Notes: generated from the letters alone by a model not told the origin. A DNA stretch of 32,000 nt from Skermania sp. ID1734 (GCF_007489285.1 NZ_VLIY01000005.1:102905-134904); one strand, 5' to 3'; positions 1-8,275 are shown, numbered from the stretch's first letter. Translations and numbers: made by a program.

Positions 1-1
1 G

Positions 2-418
2 CAATGGATTTTCGACCGCACCGAAATTGCCGGTGAAAAGCGCGGCCAATACCTGGCTGTTTCGGTTTCGGCCGCCGGGGAATTCGTGGGCATGACCAAT
101 GCGCAACTGCGGCAATTGTTTCTGCCGGAATTGTCCAGAATTTTGCCGCGGGCGCGTTCGGCCACGGTGCTCGATTTCTTCGTCACGCGCGAGCGCTGTG
201 CCACGTTTCGGCCGGTCCCCGGGACGGCCGCCCTGCGCCCGCAGGCGCGAACGGCGTTGCCAGGGCTCTACCTTGCGGGCGCATGGACGGCAACCGGATG
301 GCCCGCGACGATGGAAAGCGCTGTGCGAAGCGGAGAATCGGCCGCGGCGGCGCTTGTTGAGGAGTGGGGCGGCACCTCGATGGGGCGCCGACGGATTCGA
401 GAGGTGGCACTATCGTGA
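2..418 (+). CDS. hpnE: C-terminal part of an HpnE-like FAD-dependent desaturase (hydroxysqualene dehydroxylase / phytoene-desaturase family); 5' end lies outside the window
   Basis: Frame 2 is open from the window edge to TGA 416-418. The translated tail WIFDR...ATFRPVPGTAALRP...LYLAGAWTATGWPATMESAVRSGESAA matches the conserved C-terminal FAD-binding segment of amine-oxidase/phytoene-desaturase enzymes. It sits directly upstream of the polyprenyl synthase and shc. Confidence 0.7.
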   Translation, partial: QWIFDRTEIAGEKRGQYLAVSVSAAGEFVGMTNAQLRQLFLPELSRILPRARSATVLDFFVTRERCATFRPVPGTAALRPQARTALPGLYLAGAWTATGWPATMESAVRSGESAAAALVEEWGGTSMGRRRIREVALS

Positions 419-1428
419 CCGCAACCTTGTCCAGCATCGAAATGGGTACCGGAGCGGTACTCGACACCTTGCATGACGCGGTGGGCAGGCTTGATCCCCA
501 GCTACGGCGGATCGTCGGCTATCACTTTGGCTGGTGCGACGAGAACGGTCAGCGAACGGAGGCCAATGGCGGCAAGGGCATTCGTGCTCGGATGACGCTG
601 CTGGCCGCGGCCGCGGCAGGTGGCGATCCGGTGGCTGCCGCGCCGGGTGCAGCGGCCATCGAACTGGTGCACAACTTCTCGCTCGTGCATGACGATCTCA
701 TGGATCGCGACACGATGCGCAGACACCGCCGAACGGTGTGGTCGCTGTGGGGCGACACGGCAGCGATCCTGGCCGGCGACGCGATGCTGTCACTCGCCCA
801 CGAAATACTTGCCGAACACCCTGTTGGTCACGCGGACTCGGCTCAACTGTTGCTCGCGCGCACCACCCGTGAGCTGATTCGCGGCCAGATACTCGACGTC
901 GCGTTCGAATCCCGCTCCGACGTCACGGCCGCCGAGTGCTTGGACATGGCCGCAGCGAAGACCGCGGCGCTGCTGTCGGCCGCTGCCGCCATGGGCGGGG
1001 TGTATGCCGCCGCATCACCGGAAGTTGTTGCTGCACTGTCGAACTTCGGCCGCCACGTCGGTGTCGCCTTCCAGATCATCGATGACCTGCTCGGCATCTG
1101 GGGAGACCCGCACGTCACCGGCAAGCCGGTGTACTCCGACCTGCGCTCCCGCAAGAAGACGCTGCCGATCACCTGGGTGATCGAGCATGGCGGCGAGCAC
1201 GGGCAACGGGTGCAGCGCTGGCTGACCGACGGGCACGATCCGACCGAGCCGGACCTGCGGGCCACAGCCGAATTGGTCGAGGCCGGCGGCGGCCGCGACT
1301 GGGCGCGCCGAGCGGCCCGCCGGGAGGCCGAACGCGCCGCGCAGGCGCTCGATGCCATCCCCGAACTCCGCTTGCGCGCAAGCGAACTCATCGTCCTTGC
1401 AGATCGACTTGTAGACCGGGAGGCATAG
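415..1428 (+). CDS. trans-polyprenyl diphosphate synthase (probable FPP/GGPP synthase feeding squalene synthesis)
   Basis: Both aspartate-rich motifs are present (LVHDDLMDRD and FQIIDDLLGIWGD). The likely GTG start at 415 overlaps the upstream TGA (GTGA). The ORF-track start at 364 and ATG 442 are alternatives. Confidence 0.88.
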   Translation: MTATLSSIEMGTGAVLDTLHDAVGRLDPQLRRIVGYHFGWCDENGQRTEANGGKGIRARMTLLAAAAAGGDPVAAAPGAAAIELVHNFSLVHDDLMDRDTMRRHRRTVWSLWGDTAAILAGDAMLSLAHEILAEHPVGHADSAQLLLARTTRELIRGQILDVAFESRSDVTAAECLDMAAAKTAALLSAAAAMGGVYAAASPEVVAALSNFGRHVGVAFQIIDDLLGIWGDPHVTGKPVYSDLRSRKKTLPITWVIEHGGEHGQRVQRWLTDGHDPTEPDLRATAELVEAGGGRDWARRAARREAERAAQALDAIPELRLRASELIVLADRLVDREA

Positions 1429-3368
1429 TGAGCCAGCCACAACTCGCCGACAGCGACGGTGACACTGGTCGCGCCGCAGCAGCACGCGACGGTGACACTG
1501 ATCGCGCCGCAGCAGCACGCGATCGTGCTGTCGAGTTCTTGCGGGGGCTGCAGGACCCGGAGGGCTGGTGGAAGGGTGAGCTGGCCACCAACGTCACCAT
1601 GGACGCCGAAGACCTGCTACTGCGTGAGTTTCTCGGCATCGGCTCCCCGCAGGTGCTGGAGGAAGCATCGCGCTGGATCAGGTCGCAGCAGCGCGCCGAC
1701 GGCACCTGGGCGACCTTCGAGGGCGGTCCGGCCGATCTGTCGACCACTGTCGAAGCATGGGTCGCACTCCGTTTGGCCGGCGATGACCCGGCCGAGCCGC
1801 ACATGGTCTCGGCCGCGCAATTCGTGCGCCGCGCGGGCGGCGTGGAGAACAGCCGAGTGTTCACGCGAATCTGGTTGTCGTTGTTTGGGCTGTGGTCCTG
1901 GGACGAGGTGCCGAGCCTGCCCCCGGAGCTTATCTATCTGCCAAAGTGGTTCCCGCTCAACATCTACGACTGGGGTTGCTGGGCGCGCCAGACCGTGGTC
2001 CCGCTGACGATCGTCTCCACCATCCGCCCGGTGCATCCGGTGTCGTTCGGCATCCGCGAACTGCACGCCGGCTCCGGTGGCGCACGCAAAGGCGGCTTCC
2101 TGCCGGACATTTCGATATCCGGAATCTTCCGGCAGATCGACCGTGGGCTGCACCTGTATTCGCGAGTGCCGGTACATCCAATGCGCGGAATTGCGTTGCG
2201 ACAGTGTGCGGAATGGATCGTCGCCCGCCAGGAAGCCGACGGCGGCTGGGGTGGCATTCAGCCGCCCTGGGTCTATTCGCTCATTGCCCTCAAGCTCATG
2301 GGATATCCGCTCGACCATCCGGTGATGCGCGCCGGCATCGATGGCTTGGACGGCTTCACGATTCGTGAGTCGACGCCGCAGGGCACCGTCCGCCGGCTGG
2401 AAGCATGCCAATCTCCGGTGTGGGACACGGCCCTGGCGCTCTACGGATTGCTCGAGGCCGACCTCGATACCGACGATCCCATGATCGTGCGATCCACCGA
2501 CTGGCTGCTTACCCAACAGATCGACGCGCCTGGCGACTGGTGCGTGCGGCGGCCGGACGTACCATCGGGCGGCTGGGCATTCGAATTCGCCAACATCAAT
2601 TATCCAGATACCGACGACACCGCGATCGTGGTGCTTGCGTTGCAGCGGTTGGGATTCCGTCCCGACTGCAAGGAGGCCGTGGACCGCGCCGTCGAGTGGG
2701 TTATCGGCATGCAGTCCCGCGACGGCGGGTGGGGTGCGTTCGATGCGGATAACACTCGCGCGCTGGCCACCAAGCTGCCGTTCTGCGACTTCGGCGCGGT
2801 GATCGATCCACCGTCGGCTGACGTCACCGCACACGTGGTGGAAATGCTGGCGGCGGTGGGCCTGGCCAAGGATGTCAGTTGTCGACGCGGCGTGGACTGG
2901 CTACTGCGACATCAGGAGCCCGACGGTTCGTGGTTCGGGCGCTGGGGCGCCAATCACGTGTACGGCACGGGCGCGGTGCTGCCGGCACTGACCGCCAGTG
3001 GAATGGCCCCGGATGCCGAGCCCATTCGGCGGGCCGTGCGCTGGCTGGTCGAGCACCAGAACTCCGACGGTGGTTGGGGCGAAGATCTGCGCTCCTACCG
3101 GGATCCGCGGTGGATCGGGGTAGGCGCGTCGACGGCGTCGCAAACCTCCTGGGCGCTGCTGGCCTTGCTGGCCGCTCGCGAAGATGGACCCGCCGTGCAG
3201 AACGGCATTCGCTGGCTCATCGAGCAGCAACGCGACGACGGCGGTTGGGACGAAGATCTGTTTACCGGCACGGGATTTCCCGGCGATTTCTACATCAATT
3301 ATCACCTGTATCGGCAGGTTTTTCCGATCTGGGCCTTCAACCGCTACCTGGAGAGGATGCAATCATGA
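1428..3368 (+). CDS. shc: squalene-hopene cyclase
   Basis: 646 aa with the catalytic DxDDTA motif (YPDTDDTAIVVLAL) and multiple QW repeats (e.g. QxxDGGWG, RWLxxxQxxDGGWG). The GTG start overlaps the upstream TAG by 1 nt. Confidence 0.95.
   Translation: MSQPQLADSDGDTGRAAAARDGDTDRAAAARDRAVEFLRGLQDPEGWWKGELATNVTMDAEDLLLREFLGIGSPQVLEEASRWIRSQQRADGTWATFEGGPADLSTTVEAWVALRLAGDDPAEPHMVSAAQFVRRAGGVENSRVFTRIWLSLFGLWSWDEVPSLPPELIYLPKWFPLNIYDWGCWARQTVVPLTIVSTIRPVHPVSFGIRELHAGSGGARKGGFLPDISISGIFRQIDRGLHLYSRVPVHPMRGIALRQCAEWIVARQEADGGWGGIQPPWVYSLIALKLMGYPLDHPVMRAGIDGLDGFTIRESTPQGTVRRLEACQSPVWDTALALYGLLEADLDTDDPMIVRSTDWLLTQQIDAPGDWCVRRPDVPSGGWAFEFANINYPDTDDTAIVVLALQRLGFRPDCKEAVDRAVEWVIGMQSRDGGWGAFDADNTRALATKLPFCDFGAVIDPPSADVTAHVVEMLAAVGLAKDVSCRRGVDWLLRHQEPDGSWFGRWGANHVYGTGAVLPALTASGMAPDAEPIRRAVRWLVEHQNSDGGWGEDLRSYRDPRWIGVGASTASQTSWALLALLAAREDGPAVQNGIRWLIEQQRDDGGWDEDLFTGTGFPGDFYINYHLYRQVFPIWAFNRYLERMQS
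1455..1520 (+). repeat. 33-bp in-frame tandem duplication (2 copies, 1 mismatch) inside the shc N-terminal extension
   Basis: gacggtgacactggtcgcgccgcagcagcacgc at 1455-1487 is repeated at 1488-1520 with a single g->a change. It encodes DGDTGRAAAAR / DGDTDRAAAAR. Confidence 0.9.
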
Positions 3369-4831
3369 CCGGGGTTGTGTGTACTCCGCTGCGTAGCGAA
3401 TGGGCAGCGCTGCACGGTCACATCACCGCGCCCCTGCTACGGACCGGCCGCGGACCGAGTAGTTGGCGCAATTCCTTTGCCAGTCCGGTGCTGGTTGCCG
3501 GAGTCGCTGGCGCCCTGGACAATTCGCTGCATCCGGGCGATCTGGTGGTGGCCACCGAGACCCGGGCGGCGGCGATAGGCAGCCCAGTTCGGTTGGCTCC
3601 CTTGCTGTACGGTGCGGCAAAGCGACGCGGCCTGCCGGTGCGACGCGGCCCGATCGTTTCCGACTACCGGGTGGCCCACGGTGCGCGTCGCGACGCACTC
3701 GCGGTCACCGGTGCGATCGCCGTGGACACCGAGTCGGCGTTTCTTGCGGCCCATGCGCCGCACGGCAAGACGGCGGTCTTGCGGACGATCGTCGACACTC
3801 CCACGGCGCCCTTGTTGCGGCCGGCGACCATGGCGAACGGCATCCACGCGCTGCGCACGCTGCGCGCGGCCGCGCCCATCATCGATGACTGGGCCCGGGC
3901 CACCGGGGATCGGGAAATCATTCTGGCCGCGCCCCGTTCCTTCTGCGCGGGTGTGGAACGGGCCATCGACATCGTGGAGCACGCGTTGAGCAAGCACGGC
4001 GCCCCCGTGTACGTGCGGCGCCAGATCGTGCACAACTCGCACGTGGTCAACGGCTTACAGCGGCGGGGCGCCGTCTTTGTCGGCGAGGTCGACGAGGTGC
4101 CCGAGGGCAGCGTGCTGGTGCTGGCCGCCCACGGCGTCGATCCGCAGGTCCGCGTCGACGCGGCCGAGCGGTCGCTGCGGGTCATCGATGCCACCTGCCC
4201 GCTGGTCGCCAAGGTGCACACCGAGGTTCGGCGGTTCGCCGACCAGGGCAACACGGTGCTGGTCATCGGTCACGCCGAACACGAGGAGGTGGTCGGCACC
4301 CGAGGGGAAGCGCCCGGCCAGGTAATAGTTATCGCCAACGTCGAAGAGGCCGAGCAGGTTTCGGTGCCGGACCCGCGGCACGTCGCCTACGTCACCCAGA
4401 CCACCCTGGCCGTCGACGAGGCCGAGCAGATCGCCGCGGTCCTGCGCAAGAGATTCCCCCTGATCATCGCGCCGCGCACCGACGACATCTGTTATGCCAC
4501 CACCAATCGTCAACACGCGGTGCGCGAGGTGGCGCGCGACTGTGACCTGATGCTGGTGCTCGGTTCGGAAAACTCGTCCAATTCGCGGAGATTGGCCGAG
4601 GTCGCCGAGGACTGCGGCGTGGAATCGCACCTGGTCGACGACTGCGGGTCGGTTGACTTGGCGTGGCTGCATGGCAAGAGCCGCATTGGAATTACCGCCG
4701 GCGCATCCGCGCCGCCGGCGTTGGTGGAAGAGCTTATCGCCGCGCTCTCCGGGCTGGGGCAAGTCCATGTCCGCGAGCAACGCGTGGCCGAAGAACGCAT
4801 TCGTTTCATGATGCCCCGGGAGGTGAGTTGA
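3365..4831 (+). CDS. ispH: apparent fusion protein: N-terminal HpnG-like nucleoside phosphorylase/nucleosidase domain (about aa 1-180) plus C-terminal IspH/LytB 4-hydroxy-3-methylbut-2-enyl diphosphate reductase (about aa 183-488)
   Basis: ATG 3365 overlaps the shc TGA (ATGA). The N-terminal part has PNP_UDP-type motifs (VLVAGVAGALDNSLHPGDLVVATE, AVDTESAFLA, LRTIVDTP). The C-terminal part has the three IspH Fe-S cysteines (PRSFCAGVERAI, DATCPLVAKVH, DDICYATTNRQ). There is no stop codon between the two parts. ORF-track codons 2879-3364 overlap shc in another frame and were excluded. Confidence 0.85.
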   Translation: MTGVVCTPLRSEWAALHGHITAPLLRTGRGPSSWRNSFASPVLVAGVAGALDNSLHPGDLVVATETRAAAIGSPVRLAPLLYGAAKRRGLPVRRGPIVSDYRVAHGARRDALAVTGAIAVDTESAFLAAHAPHGKTAVLRTIVDTPTAPLLRPATMANGIHALRTLRAAAPIIDDWARATGDREIILAAPRSFCAGVERAIDIVEHALSKHGAPVYVRRQIVHNSHVVNGLQRRGAVFVGEVDEVPEGSVLVLAAHGVDPQVRVDAAERSLRVIDATCPLVAKVHTEVRRFADQGNTVLVIGHAEHEEVVGTRGEAPGQVIVIANVEEAEQVSVPDPRHVAYVTQTTLAVDEAEQIAAVLRKRFPLIIAPRTDDICYATTNRQHAVREVARDCDLMLVLGSENSSNSRRLAEVAEDCGVESHLVDDCGSVDLAWLHGKSRIGITAGASAPPALVEELIAALSGLGQVHVREQRVAEERIRFMMPREVS

Positions 4832-5836
4832 GTGGCAATGCCACTTCATCAGTCAATTCGTCTTGGCACCTACCTTGCCAAGCAAAAGCTGTTGCGACGC
4901 GAGAAGTTTCCCATTCTCGTCGAGCTGGAACCGCTGTTCGCCTGCAACCTGAAATGCGCCGGGTGCGGAAAGATTCAGCATCCGCACACGCTGCTCAAGC
5001 AGCGGATGCCGGTGGAGCAGGCGGTCGGCGCGATCGAGGAATGCGGTGCGCCCATGGTGTCCATCGCCGGGGGCGAACCGTTGATGCACCCGCAGATCGA
5101 TGAGATCGTCCGCCAGTTGCTGGACCGCGGCAAGATCGTGTTCTTGTGCACCAATGCGGTGTTGCTGCCCAAGCACATTCACAAGTTCACTCCGCACCGG
5201 AACTTCTCCTGGATGGTGCACCTCGACGGTCTGCGCGAGCGGCACGACGCGTCGGTGTGCAAGGACGGCGTGTTCGATCAAGCGGTTGCCGCGATCAAAC
5301 AGGCCCAGGCCGCCGGGTTCCGGGTGATGACCAACACCACCTTCTTCGATATGGACAGCCCGCAGGACGTTATCGACATCCTCGACTACCTCAACGACGA
5401 TCTGGGTGTCGACAACATGCAGATCTCGCCCGGATATGCCTATGAGAAAGCCCCGGACCAGGAGCACTGGCTCGGCGTGGATCAGACGCGGGAGTTGTTC
5501 CGCAAGGCGTTCGCGGACGGCCGGCGCAAGAAGTGGCGGCTCAACCACTCACCGTTGTTCCTCGACTTCCTCGAAGGCAAGGTCGACTTCAAGTGCACGG
5601 CGTGGGCTATCCCGTCGTACTCACTCAAGGGCTGGCAGCGGCCCTGCTACCTGCTCGACGACGGATACGCCAAGACGTACAAGGAACTGATCGAGGACAC
5701 GGACTGGAACGCCTTCGGTCGTGGAAATGACCCACGCTGCGCAAACTGCATGGCGCACTGCGGATATGAGCCCACGGCAGTGGTGGCGACGCTCGGATCG
5801 CTACGGGAGACCATCAGGGCAGCGGTCGGGTCCTAG
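4832..5836 (+). CDS. hpnH: adenosyl-hopene transferase HpnH (radical SAM)
   Basis: Radical-SAM CxxxCxxC motif (FACNLKCAGCGKI) and an HpnH-like N-terminus (MPLHQSIRLGTYLAKQKL). GTG 4832 abuts the upstream TGA; ATG 4838 is an alternative start. Confidence 0.9.
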   Translation: MAMPLHQSIRLGTYLAKQKLLRREKFPILVELEPLFACNLKCAGCGKIQHPHTLLKQRMPVEQAVGAIEECGAPMVSIAGGEPLMHPQIDEIVRQLLDRGKIVFLCTNAVLLPKHIHKFTPHRNFSWMVHLDGLRERHDASVCKDGVFDQAVAAIKQAQAAGFRVMTNTTFFDMDSPQDVIDILDYLNDDLGVDNMQISPGYAYEKAPDQEHWLGVDQTRELFRKAFADGRRKKWRLNHSPLFLDFLEGKVDFKCTAWAIPSYSLKGWQRPCYLLDDGYAKTYKELIEDTDWNAFGRGNDPRCANCMAHCGYEPTAVVATLGSLRETIRAAVGS

Positions 5837-6126
5837 GACTTCATCACCAACCGCGAGATCGCGTCGGTGGCCTCCTTGATCTTGGCTTCGGCCTCGGGGC
5901 CACCGGCAACCGCCGCATCGACGACGCAGTGGCTGATGTGGTCTTCGAGCAACCCCATCGCAACGGCCTGCAGAGCCTTGGTCATCGCTGAGACCTGCGT
6001 CAGGATGTCGATGCAGTACTTCTCTTCCTCGACCATTCGCTGCAAGCCGCGCGCCTGACCCTCGATACGCCGGAGCCGCTTGAGGTAGTCGTCCTTTGCG
6101 CTGATATAGCCGTGGCTGTGGGTCAT
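5833..6126 (-). CDS. csoR: CsoR/RicR-family metal-sensing (copper-type) transcriptional repressor
   Basis: 97 aa, MTHSHGY...DYLKRLRRIEGQARGLQRMVEEEKYCIDILTQ...HISHC, carrying the C-H-C ligand pattern of CsoR-family repressors. I chose the ATG 6126 start over the longer ORF start at 6162. Its stop overlaps the hpnH stop within CTAG 5833-5836. Confidence 0.88.
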   Translation of the reverse strand: MTHSHGYISAKDDYLKRLRRIEGQARGLQRMVEEEKYCIDILTQVSAMTKALQAVAMGLLEDHISHCVVDAAVAGGPEAEAKIKEATDAISRLVMKS

Positions 6127-6151
6127 TGCCGCTCCTGACCAGTGAGATCCT

Positions 6152-6186
6152 CCGTCAAGCATACCCGCACCCGGTACCCGTGACGG
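6152..6186. promoter_or_regulatory. imperfect 35-bp palindrome, candidate CsoR-family operator in the csoR/lipoprotein divergent region
   Basis: CCGTCAaGcaTACCcG-cac-CcGGTAccCgTGACGG matches its own reverse complement at 23 of 35 positions. It contains TACC(C)/GGTA half-sites reminiscent of CsoR/RicR boxes. It lies 26-60 bp upstream of the csoR start. Confidence 0.3.
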
Positions 6187-6236
6187 CCCTGTCTTCCCGC
6201 GTTTGGGACCACTCTTCGGTTAGAGTACGGCTCGAG

Positions 6237-7151
6237 ATGGCCGGAAATTGGTGGGGTAGACGGGCTATGGTGGCGCTGGTCTGCGCCGGTTTGCTCGCTG
6301 GATGCGCGCGCTCCGCGGCGTCCGAAGGTGCCTCCCCGCGCCCGGCTGCGGCACCTGCGCCCGCACCGCTGCTGCTGCCCGGCGGAGGCACGCAGGTATT
6401 TCCGAAATTTCGGGTCGTCGCCTACTACGGCACCGCCGGCGGACCTGGGATGGGTGTGCTCGGCTCCCAGCCGCCCGATCAGATTGCCGATCGCCTCAGC
6501 CAGGCGGCCGCCGCGTTCGCGACGCCCGGGCGTCCGGTGCAGCCGGCGATGGAGTTGATAGCCACCATCGCCGATCGGGCACCCGGCCCGGATGGTTCAT
6601 ACTCGCACAGCATTAACCCAGCTGTGGCCTGGGACTACTTGAAGGCCGCCCGGGCGCACCGGCAGTTGCTCATTCTCGATCTGCAGCCCGGCTATCGGGA
6701 CTTTCTCGCACAGGCTCGGGAATGGGAACCGCTGTTGGCGCAGCCCGACGTGAGTCTCGCGCTGGATCCGGAGTGGCGAATGTCGGCGGGCGGTGTCCCC
6801 GGGATGCAGATCGGTCAGGTGTCTGCGGCCGAGGTGAACACCGTCAGCGCCTGGTTGTCCGGATTGGTACGCACGCACCACTTGCCGCAGAAACTGTTTG
6901 TGCTGCATGAATTTACGCCTGACATGATCACGGACATTGCCGCGGTGGCGGCCCATGCCGAGCTGGCGGACGTTCAGCAGCTCGATGGATTCGGCAGCTC
7001 GGCGGTCAAGATCGCCAAGTACCGGGATCTAGGGCGTCCGCAGCAATTCCACCTCGGATTCAAGCTTTTCTACACCGATGACATCGGGCTGTTGCCGCCG
7101 CCGGCGGTTTTGGGGCTGGCGCCTCCGCCCGATTACGTCAGCTATCAGTGA
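6237..7151 (+). CDS. putative lipoprotein of unknown function
   Basis: Start ATG 6237 gives MAGNWWGRRAMVALVCAGLLAGC, with a lipobox (LLAGC) after a basic and hydrophobic signal. Third-position GC looks high by eye. I recognised no catalytic motif. ORF-track codons 6126-6236 were rejected as an upstream extension. Confidence 0.72.
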   Translation: MAGNWWGRRAMVALVCAGLLAGCARSAASEGASPRPAAAPAPAPLLLPGGGTQVFPKFRVVAYYGTAGGPGMGVLGSQPPDQIADRLSQAAAAFATPGRPVQPAMELIATIADRAPGPDGSYSHSINPAVAWDYLKAARAHRQLLILDLQPGYRDFLAQAREWEPLLAQPDVSLALDPEWRMSAGGVPGMQIGQVSAAEVNTVSAWLSGLVRTHHLPQKLFVLHEFTPDMITDIAAVAAHAELADVQQLDGFGSSAVKIAKYRDLGRPQQFHLGFKLFYTDDIGLLPPPAVLGLAPPPDYVSYQ

Positions 7152-7192
7152 TCCTGTCGCATTGACGTGGGCATTCGGGGTACTCGCCCGTT

Positions 7193-7426
7193 ATGTCCAC
7201 TGAGCGCTTTCCAGAACCCGGTTCGTCACCCGATCTCGAGCCCGGCGGTGGGGTTGCGCCCGGCGCGACGCCGCCCGAGAGTCCGCAGACGGCGGGGCTG
7301 TCCGCGTCCGAGCCGCGGACTCGGCACAACTTCCCGCCCACCGGCGGCTTCGCTCTCGTGCTGTCGGTGCTGCTGGCCGTGATCTTCGTCGCGGTGATTA
7401 TCGCGCTGATAGTGACGCTGGCTTGA
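7193..7426 (+). CDS. small Pro-rich protein with a single C-terminal transmembrane helix (hypothetical)
   Basis: 77 aa. The C-terminal stretch GGFALVLSVLLAVIFVAVIIALIVTLA is a clear hydrophobic helix. Codons are G/C-ending in most positions. It ends 15 nt before the sulfurtransferase start. Confidence 0.45.
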   Translation: MSTERFPEPGSSPDLEPGGGVAPGATPPESPQTAGLSASEPRTRHNFPPTGGFALVLSVLLAVIFVAVIIALIVTLA

Positions 7427-7441
7427 GTTAACGTCGCTGGA

Positions 7442-8242
7442 GTGATCCCTTCGTTCGTCGACTGGTCCTGGTGTGCCGAGCGCGCCGATGAACTTGTCCT
7501 CGCGGATGTCCGCTGGTACTTCGACAAGCCGGGACTTTCCGCATACGAATCGGGACACATTCCCGGCGCGGTGTTCATCGATCTCGACCGAGATCTCGCT
7601 GGAGCGGCGGGAGGTGTAGCAGGACGGCATCCACTACCGGAGCCCGACGTGTTTGCGGATGCAATGGGTCGCGCGGGAATCGATGGTCGAAAGCCCTTGG
7701 TCGCCTATGACGATGCTGGTGGCGTCATCGCAGCGCGATTGGTCTGGATGCTACGGGTCCTCGGCCACGACGCTGCGTTGCTCGACGGCGGATTGCAGTC
7801 GTACCCAGGCGCTTTGGAAACGGCGGCGCCGATGGTTGAGCCCGTCGCATTTTCGGCGTGTCCATGGCCGCCGGATGTCGTTGCCTCGATCGACGACGTC
7901 GCCGCCTTCGGTGGCGTTTTGCTCGACGCGCGGCCACGCGATCGGTTTCACGGCCTGGGTGCTGATGTCGATCCCCGCCGCGGTCATATCCCCGGAGCTG
8001 TCAGCGTGCCGTGCCGGGAGAACCTCGACCCGTCCGGGCGGCTGCGGCCTCGCGACGAGTTGCGCGCAATATTCGAGGCTGCGGGCGTCGACGGCGAGCG
8101 CGCAGTCATCTCTTATTGCGGGTCCGGGGTCACTGCCTGCCATAACCTGCTTGCTCTGGAGCATGCGGGGCTCGGGTCAGGGAAGTTGTTTCCCGGTTCA
8201 TGGAGCGGCTGGAGCGCCGACCCGCGGCGGCCGATCGAATAG
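7442..8242 (+). CDS. tandem-rhodanese sulfurtransferase, 3-mercaptopyruvate/thiosulfate type (SseA-like)
   Basis: 266 aa with two rhodanese-like halves. The active-site loop YCGSGVTACH (CG[ST]GVTA) is the loop type of mercaptopyruvate sulfurtransferases. GTG start. Confidence 0.88.
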   Translation: MIPSFVDWSWCAERADELVLADVRWYFDKPGLSAYESGHIPGAVFIDLDRDLAGAAGGVAGRHPLPEPDVFADAMGRAGIDGRKPLVAYDDAGGVIAARLVWMLRVLGHDAALLDGGLQSYPGALETAAPMVEPVAFSACPWPPDVVASIDDVAAFGGVLLDARPRDRFHGLGADVDPRRGHIPGAVSVPCRENLDPSGRLRPRDELRAIFEAAGVDGERAVISYCGSGVTACHNLLALEHAGLGSGKLFPGSWSGWSADPRRPIE

Positions 8243-8275
8243 CTGGCCTCGAATGAGGCGGTGTATCGTTGGTGT

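Noticed and set aside
1617-2834. 405-aa minus-strand ORF
   Set aside because: It is antisense to squalene-hopene cyclase. It has Arg/Pro/Gly-rich composition and no recognisable domain, so I read it as a shadow ORF.
2879-3364. N-terminal 162 codons of the 650-aa ORF-track call for the HpnG/IspH gene
   Set aside because: This stretch overlaps the 3' third of shc in another frame and translates to Arg-rich low complexity. ATG 3365, overlapping the shc stop, is the sensible start.
4055-4849. 264-aa minus-strand ORF
   Set aside because: It is antisense to the IspH domain, which has all the conserved cysteines, so this is a shadow ORF.
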